Below are positions 1 through 10,768 of a stretch of DNA of 64,000 nucleotides, one piece after another (the stretch's first letter is position 1; each line of letters opens with the position of its first letter). Where the stretch lies: the NCBI GenBank assembly GCA_963705505.1, contig CAVPJU010000006.1:608001-672000 (forward strand), read 5' to 3'. Source of the DNA: an uncultured bacterium. Lineage in GTDB: Bacteria > Desulfobacterota_D > UBA1144 > Nemesobacterales > UBA2774. A model generated the notes under the pieces. That model was given only the letters and a program-made list of their open reading frames with translations, had not been told where the DNA came from and did no database searches. The position numbers and the translations under genes are program-made.

Positions 1-841
1 GGCAAGAATATGTTTCGTCGCACAGCCGTCTCTTAGCCAGCAGATAAAGAAACTCGAGCAGGAGCTCGGTCAGAAACTCTTTGAAAGGCTCGGGAGGAGC
101 ACAGTGCTCACGGAAGCCGGAAGGGCGCTCCTGCCGAGGGCGAGACTTATACTGAAAGAGACGAGGGATATAAAGGCGGGAATCACAGAGGACGTGGGCT
201 CGGGGACAGGTCAGCTCTCGGTCGGGTTAATACCTACTATTGCGCCGTATATTTTGCCGGGAGTCCTGAAAAGGTTTTACGAATCGTTTCCAATGGCTCA
301 AATCAGCGTCAACGAAAACCTGACAGAAAGGCTTATCAGGAGCCTGGTCGCGCTTGAGATCGAGATGGCCGTGATGAGCCTTCCAATCGATGACAAGCTG
401 ATAAGGACAGAGCCTCTTTTCGATGACCCTCTGGTTCTCGCGCTGTCGCCCGGTCATGAGCTTGCGGAATCGGAGAATGTAACGATCGAGGACCTCAAGA
501 ATATCCCGTTCATCGCTCTCGATGAGGAGCATTGTCTCGGCGAGCAGATTAATAATTTCTGCTACGAGAGGCAGATCAATCCTGAAATTATCTGCCGCAC
601 ATGGAATCTGTCGACCATACAGCACTGCGTAGCATTCGGAAACGGTGTTTCCCTCGTGCCGAAGATGCTTGTCATGACAGATTCTTCCAGGCAATGCGTG
701 TACAGGACTATTAAGGGTCAATACCCGAAGCGTACCGTCGTTGCGGCGTGGCACCGGGACAGGAAACTCTCAAAACTAGCTTCAGAATTCATTCAGATCG
801 TAAAAGATGAGTACGAATACCTTCTTAAAAACTCAAATTAG
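1..841 (+). CDS. LysR-family regulator, OxyR-like (5' truncated by window edge)
   Basis: Frame is open from nt 2 (ARICFVAQPSLSQQIKKLEQELGQKLFER, the LysR HTH). Effector domain has IPTIAPY and HCLGEQINNFC, the OxyR-type C-x8-C pair. Confidence 0.85.
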   Translation, partial: ARICFVAQPSLSQQIKKLEQELGQKLFERLGRSTVLTEAGRALLPRARLILKETRDIKAGITEDVGSGTGQLSVGLIPTIAPYILPGVLKRFYESFPMAQISVNENLTERLIRSLVALEIEMAVMSLPIDDKLIRTEPLFDDPLVLALSPGHELAESENVTIEDLKNIPFIALDEEHCLGEQINNFCYERQINPEIICRTWNLSTIQHCVAFGNGVSLVPKMLVMTDSSRQCVYRTIKGQYPKRTVVAAWHRDRKLSKLASEFIQIVKDEYEYLLKNSN

Positions 842-922
842 GCCGGCTCCGGTGACGCATCTCCCATTACATCTGAATTTCGAATAACGTGTGCCTGATG
901 TAAACTTAATGTTCTCGACCGT

Positions 923-2101
923 ATGAAAAAAATATATCTCGATTACAATGCCACTACCCCCCTCGACCCGCGTGTCCTGGATGCGATGATGCCTTATTTC
1001 AAGGACGACTTCGGGAACCCTTCGAGCATCCATTCGTTCGGTATGAGGGGCAAGGGCGCGCTCGATTGCGCAAGGGAGCAGGTCGCGGCTCTGATAGGAG
1101 CCGACGCGAGGGAGATATTTTTTACATCGGGCGGGAGCGAAAGCAGCAACCTCGCGATAAAGGGGGCGGCATACGGCCTGAATAAAAGGGGGAACCATCT
1201 CATTACAACGACTGTGGAGCATGAGTCCGTGCTCGACACATTCAAATCTCTCGAGAAGGAGGGTTTCCGTGTCACCTATCTCGGCGCGGATAGAAGCGGT
1301 CTTATCGACCTGGACGAGCTGAGAGACGCCCTTACGGATAAAACCGTGCTCGTATCGTGCATATATGCGAACAATGAAACGGGAGTGGTTATGCCGATCG
1401 GGGAGATCGCGGGCATAGTGAAGGAGAGCGGGGCGGTTTTTCACACGGATGCGGTGCAGGCCGCGGGTAAGATAGGCATAGACGTGGGTGAGGTGCCTGC
1501 TGACCTTCTGACTATATCGGCTCATAAATTCTACGGGCCCAAGGGTGCGGGAGCGCTCTATGTGAGGGACGGAATTAACAAGAGGGTTCCGCTCCATCCC
1601 CTTATTCACGGAGGGGGGCAGGAAAGGGGTTACCGGTCGGGAACCGAAAACGTGCCGGGAATCGCGGGCATGGGTATGGCTTCCGCAATAGCCGTAAGCG
1701 AGATGAAAAGGGACGAAAAAAGGATAAGAGCGTTGAGAGACGGGCTATGGGAAAGATTCTCCGGGGGAATTAGCAGCATAAGGCTAAACGGTGAGCCTGA
1801 TAAATTGCTCTGGAATACGCTCAATGTATTTTTCGAGGGCGTGAGGGGGGACGCTCTTGCCATGGCTCTTGACCTTGAGGGTATAGCGGTATCGACGGGC
1901 TCCGCATGCTCTGAGGGAAAGGTCGATCCCTCTCATGTGCTCCTTGCTATGGGGCTCACTAGGGAGGAGGCATCTTCCTCGGTCAGGTTCAGCCTGGGAA
2001 GATTTACAACGCACGAGGATATAGACGTAGTCGCCGAAACCGTAACGGCTGCCGTAGAGAGGATAAGGGGAGTCCGCGGCATGGATTCCGCGGCCGTATA
2101 A
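923..2101 (+). CDS. iscS: Cysteine desulfurase (IscS/NifS type)
   Basis: YLDYNATTP, HTDAVQA, PLP lysine in SAHKFYGPKG, catalytic STGSACS. Confidence 0.92.
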   Translation: MKKIYLDYNATTPLDPRVLDAMMPYFKDDFGNPSSIHSFGMRGKGALDCAREQVAALIGADAREIFFTSGGSESSNLAIKGAAYGLNKRGNHLITTTVEHESVLDTFKSLEKEGFRVTYLGADRSGLIDLDELRDALTDKTVLVSCIYANNETGVVMPIGEIAGIVKESGAVFHTDAVQAAGKIGIDVGEVPADLLTISAHKFYGPKGAGALYVRDGINKRVPLHPLIHGGGQERGYRSGTENVPGIAGMGMASAIAVSEMKRDEKRIRALRDGLWERFSGGISSIRLNGEPDKLLWNTLNVFFEGVRGDALAMALDLEGIAVSTGSACSEGKVDPSHVLLAMGLTREEASSSVRFSLGRFTTHEDIDVVAETVTAAVERIRGVRGMDSAAV

Positions 2102-2110
2102 AAACGATCG

Positions 2111-3151
2111 CTAAGGAAATACGGGCGGTATTTCGAGACCTTCCGATTCCTTAAATCCCATCATGAGATTCATATTCTGGACCGCAGCACCCGATGCGCC
2201 TTTAACGAGGTTATCTATGACCGAGACTATTATCGCGGTTTTATTCTCGGTGTCGGCCCTCATTCCAATGTCACAGAAATTCGAGCCCCTGACCTGTGAA
2301 GTCGAGGGATAGAGCTTCTCGGGGGATATCCTGATGAACCTCTCGCCTTTGTAATGCTTTTCAAAGAGGCTGATAAGCTCTCCGGTCGTTCTCTTCTTTT
2401 TCAGCCTTACGTATATAGTGGAAAGGATGCCCCTGTCCATCGGGATGAGGTGCGGGGTAAAGGAGATCTTTACGCCGAGTCCGGAGTAGTCGGATAGCAC
2501 TTCCTCGATTTCGGGCATGTGGCGGTGCTCTCCCACCTTGTACGCCTTGACGCCTTCGTTTACTTCGCAGAAATGGTTGTCGAGAGAAGGGGACCTCCCC
2601 GCTCCCGATACCCCTGATTTCGAATCGACTATTATCGAGTCAGGCTCTATCAATTTCGCCTTCAAAAGCGGGGCAAGGCCCAGAATGGCAGAAGTCGGAT
2701 AGCAGCCCGGATTGGCGACCAGTTTGGCGCGCTTAATCTCAGACCTGTTTATCTCGGGAATACCGTATGCGGCTTTGGAAATGAGCTCGGGGCAGGGGTG
2801 CTCTCCGTACCAATCCCTGTAAATTTTGTGGCTGAGCCTGAAATCCGCTCCCAGGTCGATTATTTTTAGGTCCCGCTTATAGAGTTCACCGACCGTTTTA
2901 GCCGATTCCCCGTGGGGCAGAGCCAAAAATACTACTTCGATATCCTTCGGCAATGCTCCGGGGTCGAGGGGTTCGAGCCTGAGATCGAGAAACCCTCCCA
3001 GGTGCGGGAATACGTCCGATATACCCTTTCCGGCGTGTTTATCCGCTGTTAAATAAGCGACTTCCACGTGCGGATGGACGAGCAGCAGCCTGAGGAGGTC
3101 TCCGCCCGTGTAACCGCTTGCGCCCAGTATCGCGGCCTTCTTTTTCTTCAT
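2111..3151 (-). CDS. argC: N-acetyl-gamma-glutamyl-phosphate reductase
   Basis: GASGYTG, ANPGCYPT, SGVSGAGR, DNLVKGASG motifs. Confidence 0.97.
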   Translation of the reverse strand: MKKKKAAILGASGYTGGDLLRLLLVHPHVEVAYLTADKHAGKGISDVFPHLGGFLDLRLEPLDPGALPKDIEVVFLALPHGESAKTVGELYKRDLKIIDLGADFRLSHKIYRDWYGEHPCPELISKAAYGIPEINRSEIKRAKLVANPGCYPTSAILGLAPLLKAKLIEPDSIIVDSKSGVSGAGRSPSLDNHFCEVNEGVKAYKVGEHRHMPEIEEVLSDYSGLGVKISFTPHLIPMDRGILSTIYVRLKKKRTTGELISLFEKHYKGERFIRISPEKLYPSTSQVRGSNFCDIGMRADTENKTAIIVSVIDNLVKGASGAAVQNMNLMMGFKESEGLEIPPVFP

Positions 3152-3337
3152 AGGGATTGAAAATATCAGGGAAAAGTATTAAATACAAGTTCTTACAGAT
3201 TTTCCTTTATCGATGGTATAGTTATACGGGGTTTTAACTCTCTCTCACATATCTTGACTCCAATTGTTTGAAAGGGTAGTTTCTTTAGGTTTTGTTCTTT
3301 AGTAAAACGAAAAAAGGGATTTTCGGAGGAATTTCTG

Positions 3338-4345
3338 ATGTCGACCAAAGTTGGTATTAACGGGTTCGGGAGGATCGGCAGACACATTCTGCGTATAGGG
3401 CTTGGACGTAAGGACCTGGAATTTGTAGGGATCAACGATATTTCCGATTCCAGGACACTTGCACACCTATTCAAATACGATTCTGTTTTCGGTCCGTACA
3501 AGGGAGAGGTAAAATCCGAGAACGGGCATATACTGGTTGACGGGAAAGCGATCAGGGTCTTTTCGGAGAAGGACCCGAAGAACATCCCGTGGGAGGATGT
3601 GGGGGCCCAGATAGTTGCCGAAGCGAGCGGTATTTTCAGATCGCAGGAGACGGCTTCCGCTCACCTGGGAAGGACTGTAAAAAAAGTAATCATAACTGCG
3701 CCGGCCAAGGGCGAGGTTGATTTTACCACGGTTCTCGGGGCTAACCAGGACCGTTATGAAAGTGACAAACACCACATTATTTCAAACGCATCGTGCACCA
3801 CGAACTGTTTTGCAATGATCGTCAAGGTGCTCCATGAGAATTTCAGTATCGTGAGGGGCGAGATGACGACTATCCACTCCTATACCAACGATCAGAGGAT
3901 ACTGGACGCCCCCCATAAAGACCTGAGGAGAGCTCGGGCGGCAGCCCTGTCGATAATCCCGACCGATACGGGTGCCGGAAAGGCCATACAGATCATATTC
4001 CCCGAATTAAAGGGTAAATTGAGCGCGGTCGCCATGAGGGTCCCGACCGCAGACGTATCGGTAGTCGATTTCACATGCGAAACCAAGAAACATACGAGCG
4101 TCGAAGAGGTAAACGGGAAATTCAAAGAGGCGGCTTCGGGTGCGCTGAAGGGGTATTTGAGGTATGTCGATGAGGAGCTTGTATCTTCCGATTTTATAGG
4201 GGATCCGCATTCGGCAGCTTTCGATTCGGCGCTTACGTCGGTCGTGGACGGAAACCTCGTAAAGGTTATAGGATGGTATGACAACGAATACGGATATTCA
4301 TCGAGAGTCGTTGATTTAATTCAATTCGTGGGGGAAAAATTTTGA
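3338..4345 (+). CDS. gap: Glyceraldehyde-3-phosphate dehydrogenase, type I
   Basis: INGFGRIGR, ASCTTNC, WYDNEYGYS; GGAGG RBS. Confidence 0.98.
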   Translation: MSTKVGINGFGRIGRHILRIGLGRKDLEFVGINDISDSRTLAHLFKYDSVFGPYKGEVKSENGHILVDGKAIRVFSEKDPKNIPWEDVGAQIVAEASGIFRSQETASAHLGRTVKKVIITAPAKGEVDFTTVLGANQDRYESDKHHIISNASCTTNCFAMIVKVLHENFSIVRGEMTTIHSYTNDQRILDAPHKDLRRARAAALSIIPTDTGAGKAIQIIFPELKGKLSAVAMRVPTADVSVVDFTCETKKHTSVEEVNGKFKEAASGALKGYLRYVDEELVSSDFIGDPHSAAFDSALTSVVDGNLVKVIGWYDNEYGYSSRVVDLIQFVGEKF

Positions 4346-5565
4346 TGAACAAGCTCGTGATATCCGACCTGCCCGATTCCGAATTCAACGGAAAGCGGGT
4401 GTTCGTGAGAGTGGACTTTAACGTTCCAATCAGGGACGGAAAGATCAGCGAAGATTACAGAATAAGAAGGGCTATACCGACGATCGATTATCTTGTCGAA
4501 AGGAAGGCAAAGGTCATACTGGGCTCACACCTCGGAAGACCCCAGGGGATCGCGCTTTCTGAATTGTCCTTAAAACCCATTGCCACGCGTCTTTCTGAGC
4601 TTCTTGGTAAATCCGTAAAGTTCACGGGCAAGGTTATAGGTCCGGAGGTTAAGGCGTCCATAGACAGTCTTGAGTGCGGCGAGGTCATGCTTCTCGAAAA
4701 TCTGAGGTTCCACAAGGAAGAAACGGATAACGACCCCGCGTTTTCAAGGGAGCTCGCGTCCTATGCGGATATATATGTGAACGACGCGTTCGGGACGTCG
4801 CACAGAAAGCATGCATCCACCTACGGGATGGCTTCGATGTTCGATCTGAGGGTCGCGGGGTTTCTCGTCAGCAGGGAGCTGAAATTCCTTACGAGACTTC
4901 GTGAGAACCCGGACCGGCCGTTCATAGTAATAGTCGGGGGAAGCAAGATCAAAGATAAAATCCACGCTTTGAAAAGCCTTATAGAAAAAGCGGACAAGGT
5001 TCTTCTGGGCGGAGGCGTCGCATATACGTTCCTTAAAGCGCAGGGTGTGAATATAGGCAACTCTATAGTGGAGGACGAGTTTGTAGACTGGGCAAGGGAA
5101 GCGCTTGAGAGGTACGGCAATAAGATCTTTCTCCCGGTCGATCACGTTGTTGCGGGCGGCTTCGAGAGAAGGAAGAATTGCATGGTGGTAGACGGCGAGA
5201 TACCGGACGATCTTCAGGGGTTCGATATCGGACCCAAGACGGCGGCCAGGTTTAACCATCTGATAAAGGGCACAGGATCGATCTTCTGGAGCGGGCCGAT
5301 GGGCGTTTTCGAAGTCGGCGACTTTTCGGCAGGCACCACACAGCTTGCAAGATCGGTAGCCCTCGCCACGTGGAGGGGAGCCACAACTGTGGTAGGAGGG
5401 GGTGAAACCATAGCGGCTATAAGAGAAGCCGAGGTTTTAGACCTGGAAATCACTCACATCTCGACGGGCGGCGGTGCTCTCCTTGAGTTCCTAGGAGGCG
5501 ATGAGCTCCCGGGTATTTCGATCCTTAACGATAAAGAAGAGAAAATTTCTTTAGCTGCGAATTAA
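4345..5565 (+). CDS. pgk: Phosphoglycerate kinase
   Basis: RVDFNVP, SHLGRP, LLENLRF, NDAFGTSHR, STGGGA; TGATG overlap with the gap stop. Confidence 0.97.
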   Translation: MNKLVISDLPDSEFNGKRVFVRVDFNVPIRDGKISEDYRIRRAIPTIDYLVERKAKVILGSHLGRPQGIALSELSLKPIATRLSELLGKSVKFTGKVIGPEVKASIDSLECGEVMLLENLRFHKEETDNDPAFSRELASYADIYVNDAFGTSHRKHASTYGMASMFDLRVAGFLVSRELKFLTRLRENPDRPFIVIVGGSKIKDKIHALKSLIEKADKVLLGGGVAYTFLKAQGVNIGNSIVEDEFVDWAREALERYGNKIFLPVDHVVAGGFERRKNCMVVDGEIPDDLQGFDIGPKTAARFNHLIKGTGSIFWSGPMGVFEVGDFSAGTTQLARSVALATWRGATTVVGGGETIAAIREAEVLDLEITHISTGGGALLEFLGGDELPGISILNDKEEKISLAAN

Positions 5566-5686
5566 AAACTGCGGCCTCTTTCCGGAATTCATATACTGAA
5601 CCCCGGCTCTTTAAATCTATCCATCCCGTCAAAACCGTGTTAATCTTTAAAAACACTTATCCGGTATTAATAAGCGGAGTAAAAAC

Positions 5687-6772
5687 ATGGCAAAAATAAA
5701 TATAAAACAAGGTGCGGACTCCATAGCCGGGCTTTTGGGTAAGGAAGCCTCGTACCTCCTTGAGCATAAATGTAAAACCGTTTCTAAGAATATGCTGCAT
5801 CTGCCCGGACCCGATTTCGTGGACAGGATTTTTGCGCCCTCCGACAGGTCCAATCCTGTATTGAGGAACCTCCAGCTGATGTACAACACGGGCAGGCTGG
5901 CAGGGACGGGTTATCTCTCGATTCTTCCCGTGGACCAGGGAATAGAGCACTCGGCAGGGGCTTCTTTCGCGCCCAACCCCATTTACTTCGATCCGGAGAA
6001 TATAGTCAAGCTCGCGATAGAGGGCGGGTGTAACGCGGTGGCGTCAACGCTCGGTGTATTAGGTGCGGTTTCCAGGAAGTACGCGCACAAGATACCTTTT
6101 TTAGTAAAACTCAATCACAACGAGCTCCTTACATACCCGAACAAATACGACCAGATTATGTTCGCCAACGTCGACCAGGCATTTCAGATGGGGGCTGTGG
6201 CGGTAGGGGCGACAATATACTTCGGCTCCGAGGAAAGCGACCGTCAGATTCAGGAAGTCTCCGAGGTCTTCAGTTACGCCCATACGCTGGGATTGGTCAC
6301 TGTACTCTGGGCGTATCTCAGAAACTCCGCGTTTAAAACGGAGAAAACGGATTTCGATTTATCGGCCGATCTCACGGGGCAGGCCAACCACTTGAGCGCG
6401 ACGATCGAGGCGGACATAGTCAAGCAGAAGCAGGCCGAGAATAACGGGGGCTTTCTCGCGCTTAAATTCGGCAAAACGGACCCGAGAGTTTATTCGAAGC
6501 TTACATCCGACCATCCCATAGACCTCACGAGGTATCAGGTCGTGAACTGCTATATGGGACGGGCGGGGCTTATCAATTCAGGCGGAGCATCGACCGGAAA
6601 AGAAGAGGACGACCTAGCACAGGCGGTCAGGACTGCTGTCATAAACAAAAGGGCGGGCGGCATGGGACTGATTACAGGCCGTAAATCGTTCCAGAAGCCG
6701 ATGAAAGAAGGCGTCGAGATATTGAATGCCGTGCAGAATGTCTACCTCAGTGAAGAAGTAACCGTGGCCTGA
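5687..6772 (+). CDS. fbaB: Class I fructose-bisphosphate aldolase (DhnA/FbaB type)
   Basis: [44 protein letters not shown]. Confidence 0.95.
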   Translation: MAKINIKQGADSIAGLLGKEASYLLEHKCKTVSKNMLHLPGPDFVDRIFAPSDRSNPVLRNLQLMYNTGRLAGTGYLSILPVDQGIEHSAGASFAPNPIYFDPENIVKLAIEGGCNAVASTLGVLGAVSRKYAHKIPFLVKLNHNELLTYPNKYDQIMFANVDQAFQMGAVAVGATIYFGSEESDRQIQEVSEVFSYAHTLGLVTVLWAYLRNSAFKTEKTDFDLSADLTGQANHLSATIEADIVKQKQAENNGGFLALKFGKTDPRVYSKLTSDHPIDLTRYQVVNCYMGRAGLINSGGASTGKEEDDLAQAVRTAVINKRAGGMGLITGRKSFQKPMKEGVEILNAVQNVYLSEEVTVA

Positions 6773-6961
6773 CATAAAATTGTCCTGTTCGAGAGCTTCC
6801 GGGAGCAGGGATTAATAGTTCACTCTCCGATATTTAACCTTTGTGTGAAAACCTGAACCCATAATTTCGGCCTACCTTATTTTTCCACACGATTTATACT
6901 TGAGATCGGCGGAGTTTACTTTTTTCTCCGGACGCTCTCGGGTTTTATTCGGTTAACTGTG

Positions 6962-8089
6962 ATGAACTGGAAGATAGAAGGGCTGAAAAGGTTAGACGGA
7001 GTCCTTGGAAGAATCTCGTGCTCCGTCTCAAAATTAATTGTCAGCCCCAGGAAAAAGACGAGTGAAGGTGCCCTGAAGATACTCGTTATAAGACCGGGCG
7101 GGATCGGCGATGCGGTCCTTCTATACCCGGCTCTGGCTGAGCTGCGGAATCATTTCCCGGACGCTGTGATTGATATTCTGGCCGAGAAGAGAAATGCCGG
7201 AATTCTCACCGGCTGTCCATACATTACCACGCTATTTCAATACGATAAGCGTCCTCACGAGACTCTGTACGGAGTGATGAAAGAGGGCTACGACATAGTT
7301 ATCGACACCGAGCAGTGGCACAGACTCACTGCGGCTCTCTCATATCTGACACGCGCCCCGGTCCGCGCAGGTTTTGCCACGAACGAAAGGGCCCGGCTTT
7401 ACAGCGCTCCGGTTCCCTACAGCCACGAAGATTACGAGGCGTACAGTTTTCTCAATCTGGTATCGGCGGTAACGGGTAAAAAGTACGAGTTCGATAAGGA
7501 GAGACCCTTTATACCGCTCGACCGCAGTTCGTACGACGGGATTAGTTCAGCTATTTCGGATTTCAGGAGAGACAAAAAGGCCGTCGTCGGATTATTTGCG
7601 GGCGCTACGGTTCGTGAAAGAAGGTGGGGCGTAAATAAGTTCGCGGAGCTTGCGGCGGAATTGTCACGGGAGCATATAGGAGTGGTAATAGTGGGCGGGG
7701 AGACGGACAAAAGCGATTCTGAAATATTTCAAAAAGCGGACACTAACGGATTCCTTTTGGACTGCATTGGGAGAACTACGCTAAGGGAAACAGCCGCCCT
7801 CATTTCAGGGCTGGACCTGTTTGTGTCAGGCGATACGGGACTCATGCACGTTGCATACGGCGTCGGCACGCCCACGGTGTCCCTCTTCGGCGCCGGTATA
7901 CAGAGGAAATGGGCGCCGGCCGGGGGGGATCATATAGCTATTAACAAGAATGTTCCCTGCAGCCCCTGCACGAAGTTCGGATATACGCCGAAGTGCCCTT
8001 ATGACGTAAGGTGCCTCTCCGGTATAACTGTAGGGGAAGTAAAGGAATCGGTAGTGACGCTTCTGGCCCGGTCCTTAAACGGCCGGTAA
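6962..8089 (+). CDS. Glycosyltransferase family 9 (LPS heptosyltransferase-like)
   Basis: RPGGIGDAVL, DTGLMHVA, PTVSLFG, CSPC motifs. Confidence 0.88.
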   Translation: MNWKIEGLKRLDGVLGRISCSVSKLIVSPRKKTSEGALKILVIRPGGIGDAVLLYPALAELRNHFPDAVIDILAEKRNAGILTGCPYITTLFQYDKRPHETLYGVMKEGYDIVIDTEQWHRLTAALSYLTRAPVRAGFATNERARLYSAPVPYSHEDYEAYSFLNLVSAVTGKKYEFDKERPFIPLDRSSYDGISSAISDFRRDKKAVVGLFAGATVRERRWGVNKFAELAAELSREHIGVVIVGGETDKSDSEIFQKADTNGFLLDCIGRTTLRETAALISGLDLFVSGDTGLMHVAYGVGTPTVSLFGAGIQRKWAPAGGDHIAINKNVPCSPCTKFGYTPKCPYDVRCLSGITVGEVKESVVTLLARSLNGR

Positions 8090-8123
8090 TGAAGAAGTGT
8101 TAGCCGATATTTAATCCCTGAGT

Positions 8124-9005
8124 TCAAACACCCTTATCTTCGAGTCCCGGAGGAAGTTCTCCGTAGTATGGGGAGCCCTCCTCATAAAGGGCCTTTATCT
8201 TGTCCCTGGGCATGTCCGGCATGTCTTCTTTAAGCCCGAACATCCTGCAAATATGCCTTAATTCCTCTTCCCTGCCGGGAAGCGGGTCCATCGGCTGTAT
8301 CATCTGTTTATTCGTGAGCTCCTGCTTAACGTTTGCGTCTTCCATGAGCGGGTTTCCGTATTTATTCAGGTGGAAGAGCCTGTCGAATCGTTTTCTGGGC
8401 CTCTGTCCCGGCGATTCCGCGGCATAGCCCACAGACATAAGCCATATAGGGACGATATTTTCCGGGACGCCGAGCACCTTGGGAAATTCCGCCGGTTTTC
8501 GGCCGGTAGCCAGCAGGCAGCAGCCCAGGCCTAATTCTGTTGCAGCCAGAAGGGCGTTGGCTATGGCTTGCCCGGCTTCGATCCTGAGCAAGTCTTCCGT
8601 TCTGTCCTTCGGAAAGCTCATGAGGCGCGGGTAAGTGACTTCCGTAAGGAGCTGATAAGTCCATCCGTGGGCGGCTGTTATTGCCCTTGCCGGAAACAGG
8701 ACTGCAAATGACTGGACCAGCTCCTGATACCAGGAATCGAGGTTTATCAGCCACGCTATGACTATCGGGGCCTGCCTCAGGTGAATCTCGTTGAATGGGG
8801 ACGCGCATTCGATGATCTTCTCGAATTCGTCTTTGGGATAGGTTCTTTTATCGATCACTATTGCTTCGGTCGAGTTGCAGTTACCCTGGCATGATGCATA
8901 ACGCGCAGCCTGAAGCATCGTCTGTATTTTCCAGTCCTCAACTTCTTTCCAGGGTTTATAAAAACGGATGCTCCTTCTGCTTCCTATCGCTTGCATTAGT
9001 TCCAT
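8124..9005 (-). CDS. Nitroreductase-family flavoprotein with C-terminal extension
   Basis: RRSIRFY, LAATELGLGCC, SVGYA, RPRK FMN-binding motifs; AAGGAGG RBS. Confidence 0.85.
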   Translation of the reverse strand: MELMQAIGSRRSIRFYKPWKEVEDWKIQTMLQAARYASCQGNCNSTEAIVIDKRTYPKDEFEKIIECASPFNEIHLRQAPIVIAWLINLDSWYQELVQSFAVLFPARAITAAHGWTYQLLTEVTYPRLMSFPKDRTEDLLRIEAGQAIANALLAATELGLGCCLLATGRKPAEFPKVLGVPENIVPIWLMSVGYAAESPGQRPRKRFDRLFHLNKYGNPLMEDANVKQELTNKQMIQPMDPLPGREEELRHICRMFGLKEDMPDMPRDKIKALYEEGSPYYGELPPGLEDKGV

Positions 9006-9084
9006 AGACTTTACCTCCTTCAGTCATTAAAGCAGTATCACGTTTTCTTGTCAACGGTTGTTCGACGGGCGGTGGTTTCGGGTT

Positions 9085-9852
9085 TTAAATCTCGAGCTCA
9101 AGAAGGTCATGCGCCTCGATTACTTCTGCGCTCACATTTTTTCTTATCCTGTCGACGACTTTCATCTCATCGCATGCGGGATAAAGATGTGTAACGATGA
9201 TTTTCCTTGCCCCCGATCTATTAGCTATCTCTATCACTTCACCCGGTGTGAGGTGGCCGCTCCTTTTGGAAGCCTCGTCCGGAAGAGCGCATTCTATTAT
9301 AAGCGCATCCGCGTTCCGCGAGAGCTCTATCAGGGCCTCGGAGTAGTCAGTATCTCCCGAGTAGACGAGGGATTTCCCCTCAGCCTCGATTCTCAAGGCG
9401 AGGCTGCTCTCGATATGAGGGGTCCTGGCAGCGGTTATAATAAATCCTTTGAGATTTGCAGATACCTCCCCGATCTCCTCCACTGAAAGATATTCGGGCA
9501 ATATCCAGTCGTTATATGCGTTCTTAACCGCTTCGAAGAATCTTATAAACCCCTCACCGCCCCATAAGGTCAGCGGCTTTTCGCGCTTTGAGCCGTAGGG
9601 CGAGCCGTATGCGTATTTGGTTGCGAAAAGGAACGGCACCAGGTCTCCGGTATGGTCGGGGTGGAGGTGCGATAAAAAGATATGATCGATATGTAAATAA
9701 TTAATCCCTGCACGGCCTAGCTTCCAGGTCGTTCCGTTCCCGCAGTCGAGCAGTATCTTGACGCCGGGTATCTCGAGCGCGTATCCCGATGATCCGCGTT
9801 TTGTGTAAGGCACGCAGGTGCCCGAACCCAGAATCGTAAGCTTCATTTTCAA
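9085..9852 (-). CDS. MBL-fold metallohydrolase (RNase Z-like)
   Basis: ILGSG, LLDCG, SHLHPDHTGD, YSGDT, GHLTP, THLY. Confidence 0.88.
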   Translation of the reverse strand: MKMKLTILGSGTCVPYTKRGSSGYALEIPGVKILLDCGNGTTWKLGRAGINYLHIDHIFLSHLHPDHTGDLVPFLFATKYAYGSPYGSKREKPLTLWGGEGFIRFFEAVKNAYNDWILPEYLSVEEIGEVSANLKGFIITAARTPHIESSLALRIEAEGKSLVYSGDTDYSEALIELSRNADALIIECALPDEASKRSGHLTPGEVIEIANRSGARKIIVTHLYPACDEMKVVDRIRKNVSAEVIEAHDLLELEI

Positions 9853-9919
9853 TTCCGCTTTATTGAGTTATTTTAATAATCGAGCAATCTAGCATTATTT
9901 TTCAAAAGGGCAAACGGCA

Positions 9920-10690
9920 TTGAAAAACGTAATTACATTAATGACCGATTTCGGATTACAAGACCATTATGCGGGTGTGATGAAGGGGGTGATTCTCGGA
10001 ATAAACCCCGATGCGACAATAATAGATATTACTCACGGAGTCGATGCATATAATATAATCGAGGCCTCCCTCAGATTAATGAATTATTACTCTTACTTTC
10101 CTGAAGGAACCGTTCATGTCGTCGTTGTCGATCCCGGCGTGGGCGCAGGAAGGAGGCCCATCGCCGTCGAAGCCGGGGGATATTTCTTCGTGGGGCCCGA
10201 TAACGGAGTTTTCTCTCTTATATACGGAGGCAATGAAGCTCGAATGATTATCGAAATAACTAATCCGAAGTATATGCTCAAGGAGGTGAGCAATACGTTT
10301 CACGGGAGGGATATATTCGCGCCCGCGGCGGCGCATATTTCTTCAGGATTGGAGATTCGCAAGCTCGGAGACGAAGCCGCTTCGCCGGTATTACTCGACA
10401 TTCCCAAACCCTCTACGGGTAAGAATGAAGTTTTGGGCGAAGTAATATATGAAGACCATTTCGGAAATCTGGTCACAAATATCCCCGGGAAGCTTGTGGG
10501 TAGAGGCTCAAAGGTCTATGTCGGCCGTGTGAGAATAGACCGCATCTCGGAATCATACGGGGAAACGGGAGCGGGGGAGCTGCTGGCATTAATCGGCAGC
10601 TCGGGGCTCCTTGAAATTTCGGTGAATCAGGGAAGCGCAAGCGAGGTCTTGAAAGCTGAAGAGCGTTTAATCAGAGTTATTGTAAAATAA
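9920..10690 (+). CDS. SAM hydrolase / SAM-dependent halogenase superfamily (DUF62)
   Basis: TDFG, VVDPGVG, GPDNG, SNTFHGRDIFAP, DHFGNLVTN. Confidence 0.9.
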   Translation: MKNVITLMTDFGLQDHYAGVMKGVILGINPDATIIDITHGVDAYNIIEASLRLMNYYSYFPEGTVHVVVVDPGVGAGRRPIAVEAGGYFFVGPDNGVFSLIYGGNEARMIIEITNPKYMLKEVSNTFHGRDIFAPAAAHISSGLEIRKLGDEAASPVLLDIPKPSTGKNEVLGEVIYEDHFGNLVTNIPGKLVGRGSKVYVGRVRIDRISESYGETGAGELLALIGSSGLLEISVNQGSASEVLKAEERLIRVIVK

Positions 10691-10768
10691 GCTTTTATAA
10701 TAATCAGTTGTAAAGATATCTGTTTTAATCGGGATGATGAAGTACGTACCGGGTTATGATCTGAGGGA

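Noticed and set aside
9920..10690. Fluorinase or chlorinase
   Set aside because: The TFHGRD motif and housekeeping context fit the common DUF62 SAM hydrolase; no biosynthetic cluster nearby.
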